Positions 27,379-36,607 of a stretch of DNA of 40,193 bases are shown piece after piece. The stretch lies in the NCBI GenBank assembly GCA_044507735.1, contig JBIQJB010000021.1, positions 1 to 40,193 on the forward strand, written 5' to 3'. Every line of letters begins with the position of its first letter. Position 1 is the first letter of the stretch. The notes below the pieces were generated by a model that saw only the letters and a list, made by a program, of their open reading frames with translations, did no database searches and had not been told where the DNA came from. A program made the position numbers and the translations under genes. This stretch comes from Nitrosopumilales archaeon. Its GTDB lineage: Archaea > Thermoproteota > Nitrososphaeria > Nitrososphaerales > Nitrososphaeraceae.

Positions 27379-28137
27379 ATGCAATCGGCGGCGCCAGTAG
27401 CGCTAGAGTTGGAAAATGTAAGCAAAGTGTTTGATTCACGTTCAGCAAGAAAGGTGGTTGCTCTCAACGGGATCAACATGAAAGTAATGAAGGGCGAGTT
27501 TGTCTCCATAGTTGGCCCTTCTGGCAGTGGCAAATCAACCCTTCTAAACATCATAGGTGCTCTTGACCGTCCCACTTCCGGAAGGGTGTTGATAAATGGC
27601 CAAGATATTTTCCAGTTTGATGACACAAAACTATCAGACATTCGGAACCGGCTGATCGGGTTCATTTTTCAGTCATACAATTTAATCAACAGAATGTCCG
27701 TTCAGGAGAATGTCAAGTTTCCGGCAGTATTTTCTCGTTACAGACATTCTTATCCCAAGGACAACAAAAGCGGGCGGGCGCTAGAACTGCTCCAGATCCT
27801 TGGGATAGCAGACAAGGCGAAGCAGAGACCGGTAGATCTGAGCGGGGGTGAACAGCAAAGAGTCGCAATAGCAAGAGCACTCATAAACGACCCAGCACTC
27901 GTTCTGGCAGATGAGCCGACCGGCAACCTCGACACCAAGGCCGGAATGGAAGTGTTTGACCTCCTCAAAATGCTATGCGATAGATTTGGGACCACAGTTG
28001 TAATGGTCACTCACAACTTGGAGCTGGCAGGGATGACTGACAGGTCCATCTATATCCGAGACGGCAAAATTGAAAAGGAAATACCTCACGACTCTGGCGC
28101 TCGCAAAGATGCTACGCGTTCCGGAGAAGCCAGCTGA
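27379..28137 (+). CDS. ABC transporter ATP-binding protein (LolD/MacB/FtsE type)
   Basis: GPSGSGKST, GFIFQSYNL, LSGGEQQRVAIARAL, LADEPTGNLD and VTHN motifs. The start could be 27289, 27322 or 27379. Confidence 0.94.
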   Translation: MQSAAPVALELENVSKVFDSRSARKVVALNGINMKVMKGEFVSIVGPSGSGKSTLLNIIGALDRPTSGRVLINGQDIFQFDDTKLSDIRNRLIGFIFQSYNLINRMSVQENVKFPAVFSRYRHSYPKDNKSGRALELLQILGIADKAKQRPVDLSGGEQQRVAIARALINDPALVLADEPTGNLDTKAGMEVFDLLKMLCDRFGTTVVMVTHNLELAGMTDRSIYIRDGKIEKEIPHDSGARKDATRSGEAS

Positions 28138-28140
28138 CAA

Positions 28141-29454
28141 ATGAACATCTCTGAAACCTTCAGAATATCTTTCAAGGCACTTGGAGACAGAAGAGTCAGG
28201 ACGTCTCTGACAATCCTGATGGTGATTGTAGGCAGCAGCCTGATGGTAACGCTTAATGGCATTGTCGGAGGGCTCGGCCAATTTGCCACAGACGTTTTCA
28301 ACAAACTTGCTCCGAACATACTATTTGTCACAAGCATCCCTATTGGCAGTCAGGATGACGGAGAGCAGTCTCGTCAAGGAGAAGGTGGCGGTCCGCCTTC
28401 GTTCCTTGGTCAAGGTCTGGTACCTGTACCAACAATAGTTCTTGACCAGGCTGTTGTAGACAGGATAGAGTCCCTGCCTCATGTCAGCGCAGTTATTCCC
28501 TCTTTTCAAGGAAGAATAGTGCTTGCTGTTGAGAATAGGACGCAGAGCGCAGCTGTGCTATCGGTTCAACCAGACAGCCTCAGGATAATCGCGCCGGCTC
28601 TCCAATTTACAGATGAATCTACTGTAAATGCAGAAGACGATTCTGCGATATATCTCCCAGCCTCAATTATCAACAGACTATGGAACCTGCCTGACGATGA
28701 AGAAGATAACAATCATGAAGGAATAATAGGCCAGAAGGTAAATGCTACCTATACTTACATAGATCTCGACACAGCATCATTGCAATCCCGATCAAAGACA
28801 TTCACAGTCGCAGGCATAATGCAGCCAGTGGGAAACCCCACAATTGATAGAGCAGTTGTGTTTAACCTGAAAGCAGGTAACGAGTTTTTGCAAAAATCCG
28901 GCAGATACGATTCGCTTTTTGTGGCGGCAGAGAACACCGACACTGTCGACGATGTCGAGGCAGGAATACGAAACCTCTATGGATCCAACATTGGCATTAC
29001 GACTTCAGAGGCAATAATTCAATCCATCCAGGAGTTTGCGGAAGGGTTTGGCAGCGTCATTTCAAGCATTGGTCTGGTGGCACTCTTGGTGGGCTCTGTC
29101 GGTATTGTTACGACAATGTATACGGCAGTTACTGAAAGAACGCGAGAGATTGGCGTAATGAAAGCCATTGGTGCAAGAGACAGAGATGTGCTTGCCCTGT
29201 TCCTCGCCGAAGCTGTAATAATCGGGATCATTGGTGCAAGCATTGGCCTTATAGTAGGCATACTTGGAGGCTATGGTGTCCTCTCCCTCTTTGCTTCGGG
29301 TCTCTTCGAGTCTTCGGAAATCACCCCACTCTATGTCTGGAGTGATCTTGGGCAAGTCTGGGGAATATCGCTTGGGCTGAGCGTTGCCGCTGGACTGTAT
29401 CCGGCTTGGAAAGCATCGAGACTATCACCAATAGTTGCGCTGAGAAGGGACTGA
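28141..29454 (+). CDS. ABC transporter permease (MacB/FtsX type)
   Basis: N-terminal TM and large extracellular domain. AVTERTREIGVMKAIGA and YPAWKASRLSPIVALR motifs. Confidence 0.94.
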   Translation: MNISETFRISFKALGDRRVRTSLTILMVIVGSSLMVTLNGIVGGLGQFATDVFNKLAPNILFVTSIPIGSQDDGEQSRQGEGGGPPSFLGQGLVPVPTIVLDQAVVDRIESLPHVSAVIPSFQGRIVLAVENRTQSAAVLSVQPDSLRIIAPALQFTDESTVNAEDDSAIYLPASIINRLWNLPDDEEDNNHEGIIGQKVNATYTYIDLDTASLQSRSKTFTVAGIMQPVGNPTIDRAVVFNLKAGNEFLQKSGRYDSLFVAAENTDTVDDVEAGIRNLYGSNIGITTSEAIIQSIQEFAEGFGSVISSIGLVALLVGSVGIVTTMYTAVTERTREIGVMKAIGARDRDVLALFLAEAVIIGIIGASIGLIVGILGGYGVLSLFASGLFESSEITPLYVWSDLGQVWGISLGLSVAAGLYPAWKASRLSPIVALRRD

Positions 29455-29519
29455 GGATCGCGAACTTTTCTCTAACATGGAGGACGAATCGTTAAAAGAA
29501 AAGTGTGTGCGCATATCCC

Positions 29520-30389
29520 ATGTATGCAGCCTACAGAGGCATCTTGACGGCTGTAGTCACGATCTTTGCGTTTGGTTTTGCATCCTATCTTCTTATCAAT
29601 ACGGGACTAGCATTTGCACAACAAAGTACGACAGCCAGTCTGAACAACAACACCATATCCTACAGCTACAACATCTACAGCAGCAATAACACCCAACTGC
29701 AGCTAAACGGCAGTTCTGTCAGCTATTATGACAATGCTACTGGATACCTAGTCTATCCAGAAAATACGCAAGAGAAATTACCTGCAGTAATTATGATTCA
29801 CGAATGGTGGGGCCTAAATGAGCATATCAGAAATCAAGCCGATGTTCTAGCAAGGGAGGGATATGTCGTATTGGCAGTTGACCTCTTTGGCGGCGAAGTT
29901 GCAACGGATCCTGACAGGGCTGGAGAATTGGCGTCTTCTGTAAGAAACGATCCTGATACTGCACTGGGGAATTTACAGGCTGCGGTAAGCTATGTTAGAT
30001 CGCTTGAACTAGTCAACGCAAGCAAGGTCGCCTCGCTTGGATGGTGCTTTGGCGGCGACTGGTCAATTCAGCTTGCAACAAACAGCACCGAGAACCCACT
30101 TGCAGCCACAGTCCTCTATTACGGGCGTCCGATTACGGAACCAGATTCTCTCTCCAACATCAGATGGCCTGTAATGGGCATTTTCGGAAACCAAGATCAG
30201 GCGATTCCAGTCGAATCCGTAGAGCAGTTTGCGTCTGCCCTCAATGCATCAGGCGTGACAAACGAGATTTACCTGTATGAAGGCGTGGGACACGCATTTG
30301 CAAATCCATCCGGCGACAACTATGCCCCAAATGAGACGGCTGATGCTTGGCAAAAGACTTTGGCGTTTCTAGGAAACCACCTAAAATGA
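29520..30389 (+). CDS. Secreted dienelactone hydrolase family protein
   Basis: IHEWWGLN, GWCFGG nucleophile elbow, GNQDQAIP and GHAFAN motifs, with an N-terminal signal. The start is 29505 or 29520. Confidence 0.92.
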   Translation: MYAAYRGILTAVVTIFAFGFASYLLINTGLAFAQQSTTASLNNNTISYSYNIYSSNNTQLQLNGSSVSYYDNATGYLVYPENTQEKLPAVIMIHEWWGLNEHIRNQADVLAREGYVVLAVDLFGGEVATDPDRAGELASSVRNDPDTALGNLQAAVSYVRSLELVNASKVASLGWCFGGDWSIQLATNSTENPLAATVLYYGRPITEPDSLSNIRWPVMGIFGNQDQAIPVESVEQFASALNASGVTNEIYLYEGVGHAFANPSGDNYAPNETADAWQKTLAFLGNHLK

Positions 30390-30438
30390 TCAGGATTCCA
30401 GTCGAGACTCTTTAATACGATAGATTCGCTCAATTTCC

Positions 30439-31299
30439 ATGAGTCTCGATCCACAGAAGTTCAAAGCAGCGCAGCGCAAGGGATGGGATAGTGTTGCAGA
30501 AGGGTGGAAGAAGTGGTGGAAGATCATCGAAGTGGGTGGCCAAGTTGTCTCTAACAGGCTAATTGAGCTTGCTGAGATTCGGCCGGGAAATCGGGTATTG
30601 GATGTGGCAACTGGAATAGGAGAGCCGGCGGTAACTGCTGCACGAAAAGTTGGCCCATCTGGTAAGGTTACTGCAATCGACCTCTCGCCAGCAATGCTTT
30701 CAATAGCAAGGGAAAGAGCAAAGCAAAGTGGTCTTTCAGATATCATTGAATTTCAGGAAGCTGATGCAGAATCGCTTGGGCTACCTCCTTCAAGTTTCGA
30801 TGCAATTGTCTGCAGGTTTGGACTGATGTTTATGCCAGACCTTGTAAGTGCCCTGAAAACCATGAGAGGTTTGCTTGCCCCCAACGGCAGGATTGCTGCG
30901 GCGGTATGGTCATCGATGGATAGGGTTCCAGCGTTTCTCATACCATTTGAAATTGTGTCGAGGGAAACGGGAACCCCGCCGCCTCCGCCCGGGTCACCCG
31001 GACCCTTTAGCTTGGCAGACACCAGCCTGCTGAGGAAAAAGTTTGAACAGGCAGGCTTTAATGACATCAAGATTGAAAGCAGCAAAATGGATTTCAAGTT
31101 GCCCTCTCCAGAAGAATACGTTGACTTTGTGCGCAGCACTGCAGCTCCGCTCGGAGCCATGATGGCAGGCCTGCCTGCCGCAAGGCAAGAAGAGATTTGG
31201 AACAAAGTCGTAGAAACGGCTAGAAGGGATGCAGTTGATTCTAGCACCGGAGCTGTCAGGTTCACAAATGAAGTAATATTCGTATCAGCAAGAAGCTGA
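30439..31299 (+). CDS. Class I SAM-dependent methyltransferase (UbiE-like)
   Basis: VLDVATGIGE, IDLSPAML, DAESL and FDAIVCRFGLMF motifs. Confidence 0.92.
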   Translation: MSLDPQKFKAAQRKGWDSVAEGWKKWWKIIEVGGQVVSNRLIELAEIRPGNRVLDVATGIGEPAVTAARKVGPSGKVTAIDLSPAMLSIARERAKQSGLSDIIEFQEADAESLGLPPSSFDAIVCRFGLMFMPDLVSALKTMRGLLAPNGRIAAAVWSSMDRVPAFLIPFEIVSRETGTPPPPPGSPGPFSLADTSLLRKKFEQAGFNDIKIESSKMDFKLPSPEEYVDFVRSTAAPLGAMMAGLPAARQEEIWNKVVETARRDAVDSSTGAVRFTNEVIFVSARS

Positions 31300-31652
31300 C
31301 GTGTAGGCAACAATCACCATTCTAGCAATAACTAATACACATGGGACAGTGTCCCTTATTGCTATCGACTTGGCTCTGCTACAGAGAAAAATCAGAGTCC
31401 GCAAACCTTGCAGGATTCCATGCCTTTGACCATTCCCACCGCAGTAGCATCCGGAACTCCTCAAAGATCGTCTTGTTACCGCGTTTGCGACAACCAGAGG
31501 TTTTGCGGGATAGTCAAAATACACTCTCCCAGCTTCTCTTGAAAACGCCTATTTATGGGGTTCTCTAAGGTACCCGGAACAGATGATGTCATTGAGATTG
31601 GCGTTGCAGAACCCTTTTTACCAACTGCCATGACGAAAACTAACAAGAACCC

Positions 31653-31955
31653 ATGGAACACATCATCTACCACCATCAAGGCAAAGAATACACCATTTAC
31701 GAGACTCTGACGGTAGAGGAAATCAGGGCGATAATGTCCATGGAAAAGGAAAGGAACAGGAAACTGGACGCGCTGAACAAGAAATCGGTAAAGAGGTATT
31801 TTGAAGACACAGACAGGATGGTCGTTACAATACTTAGAAAGTGCTTTCACATGACTGACAATCAGATAAAGGAAATTGACGAGATAAGCCGACGGAAATT
31901 GGTACACTCCTTTATCCAGTTTACCATAACTGCAAACAATCTTTCAAGCTCATAA
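31653..31955 (+). CDS. Hypothetical protein (100 aa)
   Basis: ATG-started, helical, protein-like ORF with a TTTTTA box ~35 nt upstream. Confidence 0.7.
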   Translation: MEHIIYHHQGKEYTIYETLTVEEIRAIMSMEKERNRKLDALNKKSVKRYFEDTDRMVVTILRKCFHMTDNQIKEIDEISRRKLVHSFIQFTITANNLSSS

Positions 31956-32233
31956 AAGATAGATACAGCCCTTGCCCAGATACACAAGTTGTTTCTAGAA
32001 GCGCATCAAGCAATCAAATAATATTCAGTACTCAGTCTGCTCTTGGCAAAAGGCATGGCTGATTCTCATGATGGTCGCCTACCTCTTGCACTGGAAGCGA
32101 CCTTATCAATATCCAATATGACAGCACTGTAGCCACACTGTCGCTTGACCAGAAAACCAGTAGCCATGTCGGTTTGTTCTACCTAGATCATTTTTATTTC
32201 GTTCGTCGTCTCCATTTTAGATGGAGAGAGTTT

Positions 32234-34177
32234 TTGTCTTCTTCCCCCTCGCTGCCAAATTCCAATTCATCTCCGGGTACTGGTGGACGCGACGACAGAG
32301 GCGACTATAAGGTATCAAGAAGATTAGCGTCCTGGATCTTGGCAGGACTGGTCTTTGTTTCTGGTTTTGTAGCAATGGCGCTAGAATTCGCCGCCAGCAG
32401 GCTGCTGACTCCCATTTTTGGAAGTTCAATTAGCACTTGGGGCGTTCTTATCGGCATAATTCTGGCTTCACTGACCGCGGGTTACCACATCGGAGGAAGG
32501 CTCGCAGATAGCAAAGAGAGGCCTGCAACCATACAGAAGCTGTGTTCAGTTATGTTCTCGTCAGGTCTGTATATTCTATTTATTCCACTTGTTGTCTGGC
32601 CCGCAATACAAGAATCTCTTACGTCGTCGCCTTCTATTTCCATGCTAGTTGCTTCTACTCTTCTCCTAATTGCCCTGCCAACTGTGCTCATGGGGATCGT
32701 CTCGCCATATGCGATCAAGCTTGCTGCGACAACTTTGTCAACACTTGGAAAAAAGGCCGGAAACCTTTATTCTATTGCCACTGCGGGGAGCATCGCCGGC
32801 ACATTTGTGACAGTGTTTGCGCTCATCCCTTCGCTTGAAATAACAGCGATAACATTTGCATTGGGTCTTGCTCTCATAATTCCGGCAGCTGCATTTTTGC
32901 GCAGGCTACCCAAGTTTCTGGCCGGCTCACTGGTCGTATTGGTGTTTGTTGCGAGCATTGCACCTATTGATGCTGGAAGGAATTTTCTAGCATCACTAGC
33001 CGACTTTGATTCTTCTCTTAACGTTGCCAGCTTGCTTGGCACCACCATTCACAGGGAAGAGACACCGTACAGCCACCTTCAAGTAGTTGATTCTGCCACA
33101 TTTTCTGCTTCAGGAGCTGCCAACAGCCATTCACAATCCAAGACCCGCTCTCTGTTTCTAAATGGAGATCTCCACAGCCAGATGTACATTGACTATCCAA
33201 ATGATCTGGCTCTGTTGTATACCCAATTCTTTCCACTAGGTCTTGTATTCAATCCTGATGCCAAGAGCATATTGTTTGTGGGAGGAGGCGGGTTCTCTGG
33301 TCCCAAATATTTTCTTGATGCATACCCCAGCATTGAAAGGGTCGATGTTGTGGAAATTGACCCGGTTGTCGTAGACGTGGCAAAGCAATATTTTGGTGTT
33401 GACGACAGCAACCCGAAATTAAATATCTATAATGATGATGGCCGGCGTTTTCTGCTGGCAGATGATGGTGGTGTTGACCGAGAATACGACATAATTGTGT
33501 TGGACGCGTATTCAAAGAACTATGTGCCTTTTCACTTGATGACTGAGGAGTACTTTCAGCTGTTAAATGACCATCTGACAGAAGATGGCGTCATTGTATC
33601 AAACCATATCGGGCCAATTGGTCAGGGCATTACAAGCGCAGATTGGGGGTATGCAGCCTACGAGAAGTCAAAGCTCTGGAGAGCAGAGTACAAGACGATG
33701 GCAGAGGTTTTCCCGTCAATGTATGTTTTTCCAACCCGGCTGAACGCAGATGGTAGCATGCAGAATATCATGCTGGTAGCCAGTAAGGACGGGACTACCT
33801 ATGATGGGAACAGCATAAGAGAAAAGCAAGAGATGATGGTAGCCGGAAGCAACAGCATCTACAATGAAGACAGCCAAGGAACTACAAACTTTTTGCAAGC
33901 AATCGATTATGCCATCTATTTATACAATTCAACAAACATCAGGACGGACGATGTGCCCATATTTACTGACGAATACGCTCCAGCAGAAGCGTTTCTTAGT
34001 CCACTTACTAATGCACAGTTTGATGTCACAGATGAGGGAGAATTGGAGGAGACAGCCACCAAAAACACAGACGCAAACATCGATTCTGAGGGGCAGGCAG
34101 GAGCTATCCCTATAGCCACTCTTGTAATCGCTGCAATATGGGTTTTTCATGCGCGCAGAATATGGAAGAAATCCTAG
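32234..34177 (+). CDS. Fused membrane domain / spermidine synthase-like protein
   Basis: About seven N-terminal TMs (SGFVAMALE...AGNLYSIATAGSIAGTF), then LFVGGGGF, VVEIDP, DDGRRF, DIIVLDAY and FTDEYAP motifs, and a C-terminal TM. The start is probably TTG 32234; the ORF track gives 32174. Confidence 0.9.
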   Translation: MSSSPSLPNSNSSPGTGGRDDRGDYKVSRRLASWILAGLVFVSGFVAMALEFAASRLLTPIFGSSISTWGVLIGIILASLTAGYHIGGRLADSKERPATIQKLCSVMFSSGLYILFIPLVVWPAIQESLTSSPSISMLVASTLLLIALPTVLMGIVSPYAIKLAATTLSTLGKKAGNLYSIATAGSIAGTFVTVFALIPSLEITAITFALGLALIIPAAAFLRRLPKFLAGSLVVLVFVASIAPIDAGRNFLASLADFDSSLNVASLLGTTIHREETPYSHLQVVDSATFSASGAANSHSQSKTRSLFLNGDLHSQMYIDYPNDLALLYTQFFPLGLVFNPDAKSILFVGGGGFSGPKYFLDAYPSIERVDVVEIDPVVVDVAKQYFGVDDSNPKLNIYNDDGRRFLLADDGGVDREYDIIVLDAYSKNYVPFHLMTEEYFQLLNDHLTEDGVIVSNHIGPIGQGITSADWGYAAYEKSKLWRAEYKTMAEVFPSMYVFPTRLNADGSMQNIMLVASKDGTTYDGNSIREKQEMMVAGSNSIYNEDSQGTTNFLQAIDYAIYLYNSTNIRTDDVPIFTDEYAPAEAFLSPLTNAQFDVTDEGELEETATKNTDANIDSEGQAGAIPIATLVIAAIWVFHARRIWKKS

Positions 34178-35006
34178 AAGAAACTGCAGTTGAGTTGCAA
34201 TAAGGCGCATTGATAAAAACACTTTCAGCAATAGGCACGATGGCCAGGCTCAGTTTTGGCCCTACCGATGTCGGGCATCAGGTGATAGAGCATGAAATAC
34301 GGAAACCCGCCGACAGGTATTTCTCTATTGTCTCACACGGACTACCCCTACACTCAAGGCATTCGAGATCCCCCCTCACTCACGTGTCTGCAATCACCAG
34401 AGGTTTGCAGGCGTGTTAGTCAACATAACCTCCACCTTGGAAAGTATGCCCAAGGACAGTTGCACGATATTCACGCTACCGTTATCGTCGGCGCTTTCTT
34501 CCTGTTTCCCATCCGTTTTCTTCTCGCATCAAGCTCCCGAGTCCTCCTTTCATTCTCCTTTTCCCGCCTTTTTCATGGCAGTTGTTGCGACAGTCTGTGA
34601 TGTCCAAGCCTGGATTTTGTATCCATTACCTTTGTGTCGCCACCGCCAGTAAGCCACATCCTGATTTGTAATACAGTGCCATATCAAACCGCAGAGTATG
34701 TAAAAAGCTGTTTACCAGTCGCATCCCGGCAGCTGCTACTCGTGACTGCCCTCGTCCTCTTGTTCCCGGCCCCCTAGCTCGCCGATAACAATAGGAATGG
34801 CTGCGCACACTGCCTTCTTGGCTTGTTCCACATTTGCGATTCATATTCCACGCGCCTGAAAGCTGCCGCGGACTTTATCGCCAGAATATGCAGTTAATAG
34901 CCTAAACGCATTTACAATTCCAAAAGCCAGAAACCTAGAATACATGAAAGAAAAACAGGGGCGCCGCCGGCTGGTGGCACCTCTGAATGAACAAGAGATG
35001 TCGCAG

Positions 35007-35288
35007 CTATTGGCAGAGTTTTTTGCCGCTCTTACGACTTGCTGCCACGTTATCTACAAGTGACTTGACTTTGTAGCTGCAGTACAGGTTCACCTTGATT
35101 CCCGCATAGTTCCACGCAAATGCAATGGGAATGCTTACCAGCGCTCCTCTCAGAAACTGCTCAGGCGTAAAATTCATCACAAACAAGTTCCACGGTAGAA
35201 AGACTGCCTGCCCCACAGCATGACTGACTAGTGTAACGATCATGTACTCTTTGACCTTGTCTTTTGATATTACTTTCTTAAAAGACAT
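35007..35288 (-). CDS. Small membrane protein (weak resemblance to half of the AlaE exporter)
   Basis: Two hydrophobic helices joined by MNFTPEQF, with a TTTATTAT box upstream. Confidence 0.65.
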   Translation of the reverse strand: MSFKKVISKDKVKEYMIVTLVSHAVGQAVFLPWNLFVMNFTPEQFLRGALVSIPIAFAWNYAGIKVNLYCSYKVKSLVDNVAASRKSGKKLCQ

Positions 35289-35535
35289 TGTTATAGTATT
35301 TCGTTAGTGAAATCATAATAAAACGTATTGACAAGCTCTCGATCTGCATTTGGGATAACATGTCGCCTCAAGATGCACTCGAATCCTAGGTTATGCATCA
35401 ATTTTTCGTAGCGTTCTAATGATGCGCCTATTTTGAATCTCTCTCGTCTGAAAAACTACTAGAACATTATTTTGCCAATCGCGAGCTCCCTGATCCTTGC
35501 AACATATTTTTACTCTCGTTGCCGCCCAGTAGTAT

Positions 35536-36369
35536 ATGGTGAAACAGACATCCGGCGCAGCGCCTGCAAAGCGAACACCGCCGCCATCCATTTCAAATGA
35601 TCCCAAGCTGGTGCCGGATGATAAGGGCGTAATGATGTACAACTATGGAGGCAAGATAGGCAAAGTCTACAATCCCAAAGTCGTGGCCGTGGAGGGGCTG
35701 AGGTACTATCACAACTGGCGATACGCCCACAGCGGGGACAAAGCAAGAGAATCCTTTCTCAATTCTGCTGACTGGCTAGTCGACAATGCAATGCTTAAAC
35801 GGAACGGAAAATGCATAATGTGGGAATATGATTTCCCGTGGATGTTCTATGGAGGAATCAGGCCACCATATGCTTCTGCGTTGGCACAGGCAGAGGGCGC
35901 TGAACTGCTCGCAAGAGCCTACTTGGTTACAAATGATGAAAAATATCTGAGCGCAGCGCACAAGGCTGTGGCAGCCCTCTTAATCGACTATGACGATGGC
36001 GGAGTGGTCAGTCTTGAAGATGGCGGAGATTCTCTTTTTCTCCACGTAATTGCAAAACCAGGATTCAAGAAGGTCTATGTGTTAAATGGGCATACTGGGG
36101 CCCTGCTGCATCTGTGGAAATACTACAAGATAACAAATGACGCGATTGCCAAGGAAATATTTGATAAGGGCATGAACTATCTGAGAAATCACCTGGCAGA
36201 ATTTGATTCTGGCAATTGGTCCTATTATGATAAGGTTGGCACAAAGGCTATGGAAAGTTACCATAAAGGACAGATCAAACAGCTAGGCTACCTGCACGAA
36301 ATTACAAAAGACCCAGTTGTCGAGAAATTTCGACAAAGGTTCTTGGACCATTACGCGCAAGCGAAGTAA
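35536..36369 (+). CDS. D-glucuronyl C5-epimerase C-terminal-domain protein
   Basis: WEYDFPW, SALAQAEG..LLARAY..T.DEKYL.AA, GGV, YVLNGH, FDSGNWSYYD and YH...IKQL motifs. Confidence 0.85.
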   Translation: MVKQTSGAAPAKRTPPPSISNDPKLVPDDKGVMMYNYGGKIGKVYNPKVVAVEGLRYYHNWRYAHSGDKARESFLNSADWLVDNAMLKRNGKCIMWEYDFPWMFYGGIRPPYASALAQAEGAELLARAYLVTNDEKYLSAAHKAVAALLIDYDDGGVVSLEDGGDSLFLHVIAKPGFKKVYVLNGHTGALLHLWKYYKITNDAIAKEIFDKGMNYLRNHLAEFDSGNWSYYDKVGTKAMESYHKGQIKQLGYLHEITKDPVVEKFRQRFLDHYAQAK

Positions 36370-36607
36370 TATCAGCGACGATGAGAATGATGCCGATGCG
36401 CTCCAGCGCGAGTAAATTAAATCAATCAGGTCAGAGACGGGGATGAACAATCCATTTGAATGTCTTGCAAAGCTACATCATCTCAAGAGTAGCAATAATC
36501 TTGCTTCCACACCTTGTTATGTTTGACACACATATTCGATACATTACTAAATTCGAGCAAGATTTGTGTCTCCGAATCCATAAATCTAGAGTATCGACTC
36601 TACCAGC

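Noticed and set aside
26917-27448. Small Cys-containing ORFs upstream of the ABC ATPase
   Set aside because: They overlap one another and show no family motif.
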